A DNA stretch of 63,058 nt, filler included, from Bigelowiella natans CCMP2755 (taxonomy: Eukaryota > Protista > Cercozoa), in assembly GCA_000320545.1 (NCBI GenBank). It is 6 parts of 6 records of this genome, joined end to end, with 100 filler letters (N's around TTAATTAATTAA, not from the genome) between each part and the next. Parts side by side here need not be neighbours in the genome. Positions count along the whole stretch, not along the records: positions 41,023 to 57,535 come from ADNK01003436.1; positions 57,636 to 58,837 come from ADNK01002353.1; positions 58,938 to 60,483 come from ADNK01003338.1; positions 60,584 to 63,058 come from ADNK01001301.1; 2 more parts are not named here. One strand, 5' to 3'. The translations under genes and the position numbers were made by a program. Below the pieces are notes generated by a model that searched no databases, was not told the origin of the DNA, and saw only the letters and a list, made by a program, of their open reading frames with translations. Positions within the stretch are counted from its first letter, which is position 1, and every line of letters begins with the position of its first letter. Below are positions 55,898 to 63,058 of the stretch, piece after piece.

Positions 55898-57500
55898 GTT
55901 ATTACCTCATTCGATATTATCTTACTCAACTTACTCATTCATTAATATACGGGGGATGGATGGAAATAAATGTGTCACCATTCCTAGTACGAAATCTAGC
56001 CACTATTACCAACCCTCTCTCCATTATTACTACATTTGCAAATATGACATGTGATAGATAGTTCTACCTCCACTGTTACCACATAGTTCGGCGATAGAGC
56101 AGGCACTGCAGTGAGATAAGTAAATGAGAATGCAAAGTTTGAAATCACTCACAATTATTATCGTAAATAATGAATGAGAAAGGTATGAATCATAATGAAT
56201 GATAGTAATTGCTTCAAATTTCACAGAGTATGACTGATAAAATAGTTTCAGCTCACAATACGTATAATCAATATTTTTTGTTTTCACTACATTCTCTGCC
56301 ACCACTAACAACTATGATGTATGATGATGTTTTTGTTTTATCTGCCGATATTGTCATATATTTTATTTATGGATCCATGTGATGCTGACTGAGGGTTCTT
56401 CTTATCTATCCATATATGTTCCTTACGTGTCACTCCATATTTCGCCTAAATAGCTCACATTTTGCATCACTAGTGACTGGACTAAATATAACAATAAATA
56501 ATGATTCATTTACACACACACACACACACAACATAAACACACATGTAGGTCAAATTAAGCAAATACTTGCAGTACAAGTGAAATACATATTTGTGTTTAT
56601 GTGTATGTGCATATATGTAAACACGACCTTCAGTATTCTGAACGAGGGATTCCCAAAGAACTTTACCGACGGACTTCATTAAACGTGGTGGCCAATCAAT
56701 GAACGAATAGCAAAAATATATTACGATTAAAGAACCAAATCTATCTTTGTAATGTAGTAGTCAGTATTTTTACGATGATTTTTATGGAAATATCGGATTA
56801 ACCTCCTCGGTGGTTATTGTACTAATTTTTGAATGTAAATGTCTATAGAATGACTACTACAACTACTATTACTACTACTACTACTACTAATACACTACTC
56901 TTGATATATAAAGACGATGATTCGATGCAGGTCTGGAATGTTTGTTGATTATCCCAATCAAGAGACCTGGGAGGAAGGAATTATGGTAAAAAAGTAAATA
57001 AAGAAGCACGATATGATGAGTAAATGGTGAATTTGCAGCAAGAGAAAGGAGAGCTAGAGAGGAGGGAGAAAGCGTGAGTATCATCATCATCAGTGTGGAA
57101 GGAATCATTCCCTTTTCCTTCATGCTGCAGTGAAAACGAATGAGTCATATTAGTTATTATATAAGTATACATATTACGTAATCTGATGCAAGTAAGATGA
57201 AGAGCTCTTTGCTGCTGCTGTTGATTCTTTTGTGTCATTATTATCATAGACTTGATAATTCTATCGAAACACAACGTATAATATTAAAAATATTAGTAAA
57301 ACAATGTGATAGTTGCAATGGCTGAAGGAAGAAGAGACTTAGAGAGAATGTGCTATCATTCTTGGCATACCAATACTACTTACTACTACTACTACTTAGT
57401 AGTAGTAGTGTAGTAAATAGTAGTATTACTTTTGTGAATGCATGAGCACTGTCGTTTGGTTCCTGATATATAAAAAAATACTCATCTTACCACGGACATG
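51514..57500 (-). CDS. Unknown AT-rich multi-exon protein, 5' truncated by linker
   Basis: Minus-strand open exons between (TA)n/(CA)n introns (ORFs 52015-52200, 53156-53581, 54302-54712). Probable last exon ...LLFNKIATTLMFLQWMSLNRS* ends at 51514. No family recognised. Confidence 0.5.
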
Positions 57501-58404
57501 CTAGAATTATTGTAAATACCAATTCATTCATCAAGNNNNNNNNNNNNNNNNNNNNNNNNNNNNNNNNNNNNNNNNNNNNTTAATTAATTAANNNNNNNNN
57601 NNNNNNNNNNNNNNNNNNNNNNNNNNNNNNNNNNNAGATTCGACCCCACTCCTGAAATGAGGTTGGTTCTTGCACCATTAACAGCTCCTCTGCTGCTCTT
57701 TGACTGAGACATAGATTTTGCGTCTAATGATAAGTCTGGTTTCGTCTACTTATAGCCTCATCATAATTCATATTAAAGACGACCTTGCGGTTCTTGTTCC
57801 TGAAGTACGTGTGGCCATCCTCACCTCTCTCCCTCTCCCCGATACGCTCTCACTGATGACCATTAGTACGTTCTTCGAAAAGATTCGAAATTTTCTTTAT
57901 CAATTCGGGTGTTCAGCGTGTAGAACATTAGTTAACGAAGATAAGACCAGCTTTGTGTAGACCATCGCGCCCGGGTCCCATCTCATGCGGGAAGGCCTTC
58001 TCAGTCCATTGCCGCTTCTATCTTATTTTCTCCGATCAACGCTCTTGACTCTTGTCGTATCTCCAAAATACAGCACAAGGGGGGGGGGTTTTTCAACATT
58101 AAACAACGGACAAGCATCCATGGCGACAAGGTGGGGGAGAAGATGTTGTCGCTGAAGTGCATGACACAGCATATCAGCGGTTTGTCGCTATCATCCATTG
58201 TCGTTCTATCGAGAACATGGCCATTTCGATTGTAAGAATTGCCACCCGCCCCAGGCTCCCGGCCCGAGGAGCATAACTTTGAACACGGCACCCTCATGCT
58301 AAGCAAATGTGTGCGTGAGCGTGTGCATGTGCGTGTGGTTGCGTGTGTAAGTGTATGCAAGAGAGGAAGGAATACAGTAAGAGAGGGAGAGGGCGAGGGG
58401 GGGG

Positions 58405-58444
<40 letters not shown>

Positions 58445-58479
58445 GAGGGTGGGGGTGAGGGTGAGGGTGAAGGGGACGG

Positions 58480-58770
58480 AGAACCATGAAAAAGGCGCCC
58501 ATGCACTGAGCAACAATGTGGAGAAACAACCATTTCGGTTTTGACATAATCTGATTGGTAAAGTAACACTTTAGGAGCTGATTTGCTGACGATGCAATCC
58601 TTCCTCTTCCTGTCTCCAAGCTTCCAATTTGCGAGGGTAGATTCATTCTCTCTCTCTCTCGCTCGCTCGCTCGCTCGCTCTCTCCATCTCCCTCCCTCCC
58701 CCCCGTCTTCATCCCATAGCCTCTCACTTGGGTTTCATCTGCCTTCAGATACCGCGCCGACGATATGCCT
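58480..58770 (-). CDS. Fragment resembling a cytochrome b561 (FRRS1/DOMON-b561-type) transmembrane region
   Basis: Spliced GISSARYLKADETQ|IMSKPKWLFLHIVAQCMGAFFMVL resembles the G...aR..k...W...H...Q pattern with a heme-ligand His. The rest of the domain is not evident. Confidence 0.35.
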
Positions 58771-59043
58771 AAGAACCAAGGCAATACCATTGCACACGCT
58801 CATATTAATCTGCCATATCAGCAACAAACACCCCGCCNNNNNNNNNNNNNNNNNNNNNNNNNNNNNNNNNNNNNNNNNNNNTTAATTAATTAANNNNNNN
58901 NNNNNNNNNNNNNNNNNNNNNNNNNNNNNNNNNNNNNATGTGTGCAGGAACAGCCATCATCACCATCATCCTCATCATCATAGTGATCATTTTCGTCATC
59001 ACCTCCCCCATTCTATCAAGCATCATGTCGACTGAGGGTCTGA

Positions 59044-59085
<42 letters not shown>

Positions 59086-59140
59086 TGCGTGTTTGCGTGT
59101 TTATGCATGTGCTTCTGTGCTCGTTCCTACTCACGTACAA

Positions 59141-59403
59141 AAGCCTATAAAAGTGTCCAAGATCCCAAACCCAGACTGGTACTCAATTAACATCGACAAA
59201 ACACGAATATGTGCAAAGTCTTTTGTTTCTCGCTCCGTTAGTCCTCCCCTCCCCCCCCCCCCCCCTGATCACCATTCTGATCATCGACTGCGGCAAAACA
59301 GGGACCCCGATGTGTGCCCTCTCCACGCTCGATATATGGCGGCATTGGAATCGCTGTACAAAGCCAACAGAGAGGTCGTGCCGTACGTAAATATACACTA
59401 GTG

Positions 59404-59450
<47 letters not shown>

Positions 59451-59654
59451 CATATTGTATAGTTCCCCACCCCCCCCCCTCCTAATGATGGTAATAGTGT
59501 CCCGATGTCAATGTGATTGCTGGAGGTTGATGTGCCACAGGCCTACGGATACGCGGGCAAAGAACTCTTTGACTTTGCAGACGAGGAGGCGAAATCCGCG
59601 GCCACAAATGAGAGGAATTCGCGAAAGAAGAAGAAAAAGAAGAAGAAAGCATAG
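59141..59654 (+). CDS. C-terminal exons of a DGAT2/MGAT-like acyltransferase
   Basis: Spliced KPIKVSKIPNPDW|DPDVCPLHARYMAALESLYKANRE|AYGYAGKEL...KKKKA* matches the DAGAT-family C-terminus (PI.v.k...P....lH..Y...L..L....k..yG) and ends in a di-lysine ER-retrieval-like tail. Confidence 0.6.
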
Positions 59655-60153
59655 CGGGCCGGGAGATATAAGCGTCGCAGCATGTTTGCACATAGCGCGC
59701 AATGCCCAGCTAGCCAGGATCGGACACGATAAGCATGTACAGCATCATTCATCAAGCAGTTCTTATATGCAAGACGTGGCCATCTAGCCACGGATTTTGC
59801 ACGTGCCCCTGGATGAAAAGGTTGACATTGCATGCCATGAATTGCATGTGATGTCACGCAAGCTGGCAATTGCCGCCGCACGCCATATCTCACAATCTGC
59901 GACTGAGCGCGGCCTGATGGAACGTCAAGTCTAGAAGTGTTCAATGCAGGAGGAGCAAATGACTAGCACGACGCTCGCTTCCATCGCTTCCATCGGACAC
60001 AATGCCTTGATGACCAGCGCAGGCTCACATGCTTAAATGTCTGCGGCATGCTCTCGATTATAGCAGCAGCCATGCTACGGTAAACGTGTCATTTGCGCAA
60101 ACCGTCGCATCGTGTTGTCACGCATGACTGTGATGTGATGGGACAGACAAGCT

Positions 60154-60483
60154 CTAATCCTCATCAGAATCCGGAAGATCGTCATCGTCATCTCCCATGA
60201 AGAGACTTTCATCTTGCACCATTCCTGCTCCGCCTTCCGCCGTTTGCGACTCCGTCTTTTGTCCACTTCCCCCCGCCTCGCCATCCTGAGAACAGCAGCA
60301 GCAGTAGCGTCAGAAGAAGTGGAAAAAGAGGGAGGGGAATGGCGACCAATATCATCACCACCATCACTATCATCATCATCATCATCGTCGTCGTCGTCGT
60401 CGTCGTTTGCTCGTTCCGGACTCACCTGATTGGTCTTTTCATTCTCCTCCTCCTCATCGCCGTAGTTGGCGTCCTCGCTATGC
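60154..60483 (-). CDS. Acidic 3' end of a gene, resembling DFRP-type C-termini (RWDD1/Gir2 or ZC3H15/Tma46)
   Basis: Two exons: HSEDANYGDEEEENEKTNQ|DGEAGGSGQKTESQTAEGGAGMVQDESLFMGDDDDDLPDSDED*. The family call rests only on the DESLF motif plus acidic tail. Confidence 0.35.
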
Positions 60484-60584
60484 NNNNNNNNNNNNNNNNN
60501 NNNNNNNNNNNNNNNNNNNNNNNNNNNTTAATTAATTAANNNNNNNNNNNNNNNNNNNNNNNNNNNNNNNNNNNNNNNNNNNNC

Positions 60585-62695
60585 AAGAAGAAGAAGAAGA
60601 GGAAGAGGAAGAAAAAGCCCCCTCCTTAGTAAAGGGCCTGCTGCTGCTGCTGCTGCTGATAATGATGATGATGATAATGATACAGCAGCAGATAAAGGCA
60701 ATAACAGTGACAGCGGTATTATAAATGGGAATGGTGCCTCCGGCACCACCATCGCCGTTGATCCTCCTCCTCCTGCTGCTGCTGCTGCTGTAAGTAGTAC
60801 CGCCAAGCAACAGCAACAGGACGCCAAGAGCATCGATAATGCGTCCGATTCGGTGACCTCCACCACTGTCTCCCCGGCGATGACCATGCTTTCATCCACA
60901 AACACGCCGTCCTCTAATGGCGCTCCGACGCCGACGAACACCCTCACACCACCGACGCCTCATCACAGCCACTCCCCGTCGCCAGCACCTCCCAACGCAG
61001 CAGGCCCACCAGCGGCACCTGCTCGCTCTACGACTACGAGTACTGCGACGACGGCGGCGACAACGACGGCGGCAGCAGCAGGCAGGGGGGGGGGGGGGGA
61101 TAGCAGCAGGAGCTGCGAGCGCCTCCGTTGCTCACGCCTCAAGCAAGCGCGGAAGAGCTCACAGCAGCAGCACCGCCGGCAGCAGCAGCAGCTCCTCCCT
61201 TTCAAGCGCTATCGCGGGCAAACGACAAATAGCGGCCAAGCCTCGGCGTGGAGGCGGCGGCAAGCGGCATCACCACAAGGACAGCAGGCTGCAGGAGGCC
61301 ACGGCCCTGCGGAAGTACTCCGAGACGGAGCCGGACCGCTACCTGGCGCTGCACTACCTCTTCGACGGCGCGCTGAAGCTCCTCGGCGCGATCAACGACA
61401 TGCTCAAGTCCAAGCGAGACCGGCCAGAAACGGCTGCGGAATGGGGTTACTACCTCATCTATACGTTCCTCTCGAAGGCGGAGGTGCGGGCTGCTGCGCT
61501 CAGCATCCAAGGGGTGGTGGTGGCCATCAGATTCTGCCGCGTGATTGCGTACCGACAGCTCCTCGAGGCGACGGCCATGGTCCACGAGCAGAGGAAGAAG
61601 GAAGGGCGCGGCGGCATTCGCGTCGAGTGGGACAAGCAGCAAGCGCAGCAGCGCAATGCCCTCTCGTATGTCGTGGGTATCTCCCTTGGCGCGGAGCACC
61701 GCCGTATGTTGGTGAAGGCCGAGCTGGACGTCGCTATCGAAAAGATGAAGAAAGATGGGTTGCAGCCCTCGGGGGGCGGGGCGAGTCTTGTCAAGGGCGA
61801 CCCGGGGGGCTTGCCGTCATCGTCATCATCGTCTTCCGTGCTGCCGCTCCAGCAGAAGCTGTTCAACGAGATGTACGACCGCATGCGATCGATGATTCGC
61901 CACATTGCGAGCGGGGAGAGGTCGCTGGGCGATTGGCTCCAGTGCTGCCAGGACGCGTCCAAACGAATGATCCAGAAACCGGAGGAAATCGAGCAGATGA
62001 TGGCGAAGCAAGACAGGGAAGAGGAGAAGAAGGCGGATAAGATGGCTGCGAAGCAGAAGAAAGGCTTGATCAACGGTAGTAGTGCGAATGGGGCGTCAAA
62101 GCCCTCAACCGCCTCCTCATCAGCAGTAGCAATGGCGGGGGGAGGGGGGACACCTTCTTCAACAGCGTCTTCGACGGGTGATGCAGCAGCAGCAGCAGCA
62201 GCATCTTCCACGGGGCAGCAGAAACGAGTGAACATCTCCCTCAACTCTCTCAGCAGCGGTCGTAGGAACAGAGACCACCACCGAGGAGGGGGCGGGGGAC
62301 ATCACCGAAGGGGGGGCGGAGGGGGGGAAAGAGACCTCAGAGATAGAGGAAACGGGGGCAGGAGGAAGCAGGACTACCATCACCGAGACCGCAACAACAG
62401 TAGAGGAGGAGGAGGAGGAGGAGGATGGGGTGGAGGGGGGGGGAGGCGTAGGACTAGTGGCAGCCCCTCTCCCCGGCCCTCACGTGGTGGTGGTGGTGGT
62501 GGTGGTGGTGGTGGTGGTGGTGGCGGTGGTAGCAGTAGTGGCAACGGGGTGAATGATAGGAGAAGAAAAAGCAACGGCAGTAGTAGAGGTGGGGGACGAG
62601 AGAAGAAAGATCGAGAGCATCATCATCATCATCGTGATCAACAACGAAGAGGAAGTATCCCTAACAGTAGGAACACCTCTCGGTCGCGGAGGTGA
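60585..62695 (+). CDS. C-terminal part of a large disordered protein with a helical AF4/FMR2-CHD-like domain and an R/G/S-rich tail; apparent +1 frameshift at a G15 run (61085-61099)
   Basis: The upstream frame (ORF 60853) is protein-like up to the poly-G, and the ORF 60917 frame is protein-like after it. Globular segment: LQEATALRKYSE..DRYLALHYLFDGALKLL...AIRFCRVIAYRQLL. Confidence 0.6.
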
Positions 62696-63058
62696 TCCTG
62701 GCATGAGGGGTGTAGAAATTAGGTTGTTATTCTTTTTATCATAACATCTACTACCAATTGTCTCCTACCCCCCTCTTCAAATTGGTAGATAAACTCGCAA
62801 TCTTGGCCGCCGGCACCAAGGACCTATCCTTACCCAGACTCTTGTCTGACTCTACTGGGCCAGCAATGTACGCAATCCATTGTAATGAAGTCTAGCTATG
62901 AGCAGCATCAATGATTTAGCATCCACTTAGAAATGTGAGTCTTTGCTTCATTTTGACGCATCATTTTGACACAGCTAGTGTGTCAATCCAAGCTAAGCAA
63001 AAACCAGGCACGTGACACGACGCAGCAATCTTGCCACATGCTCGCTAGCACCGGCTAC

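Noticed and set aside
61085-61099. Programmed frameshift at the G15 run
   Set aside because: A homopolymer length error is far more likely given the many long G/C runs in this assembly.

Overview
This is eukaryotic, intron-rich, microsatellite-rich genomic DNA (protist-like; the taxon cannot be fixed from sequence alone). It is built from six contigs joined by artificial N-TTAATTAATTAA-N linkers. Genes, reconstructed by hand-splicing GT-AG introns, in order: a RhoGAP-like proline-rich protein (-); a CsgA/C-factor-type SDR (+); a FYVE-2TM-3xSTART lipid-transfer protein (-); a telomerase reverse transcriptase with all core motifs (TERT, +); a DDX3/Ded1-type DEAD-box helicase with a very long Q/H/G tail (+); an unknown multi-exon gene (+); a coiled-coil/low-complexity protein with SILK-like and RVxF motifs (-); an MFS sugar porter (+, truncated); an APP1-type phosphatidate phosphatase (-, truncated); two unknown genes; and fragments resembling cytochrome b561, DGAT2, a DFRP-type C-terminus and an AF4/FMR2-type C-terminal domain. 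The most striking unexplained signal is compositional. Non-genic DNA downstream of gene 3' ends (about 6.3-6.7, 19.0-21.3, 30.9-31.6, 50.4-51.4, 59.7-60.0 and 62.9-63.06 kb) has lost TpA except inside CTAG/CTA/TAG and is rich in TG/CA. Introns and divergent promoters keep abundant TpA and (TA)n. This looks like a context-specific, region-targeted TpA->TpG/CpA hypermutation, the reverse of fungal RIP. All counts are hand counts and approximate.
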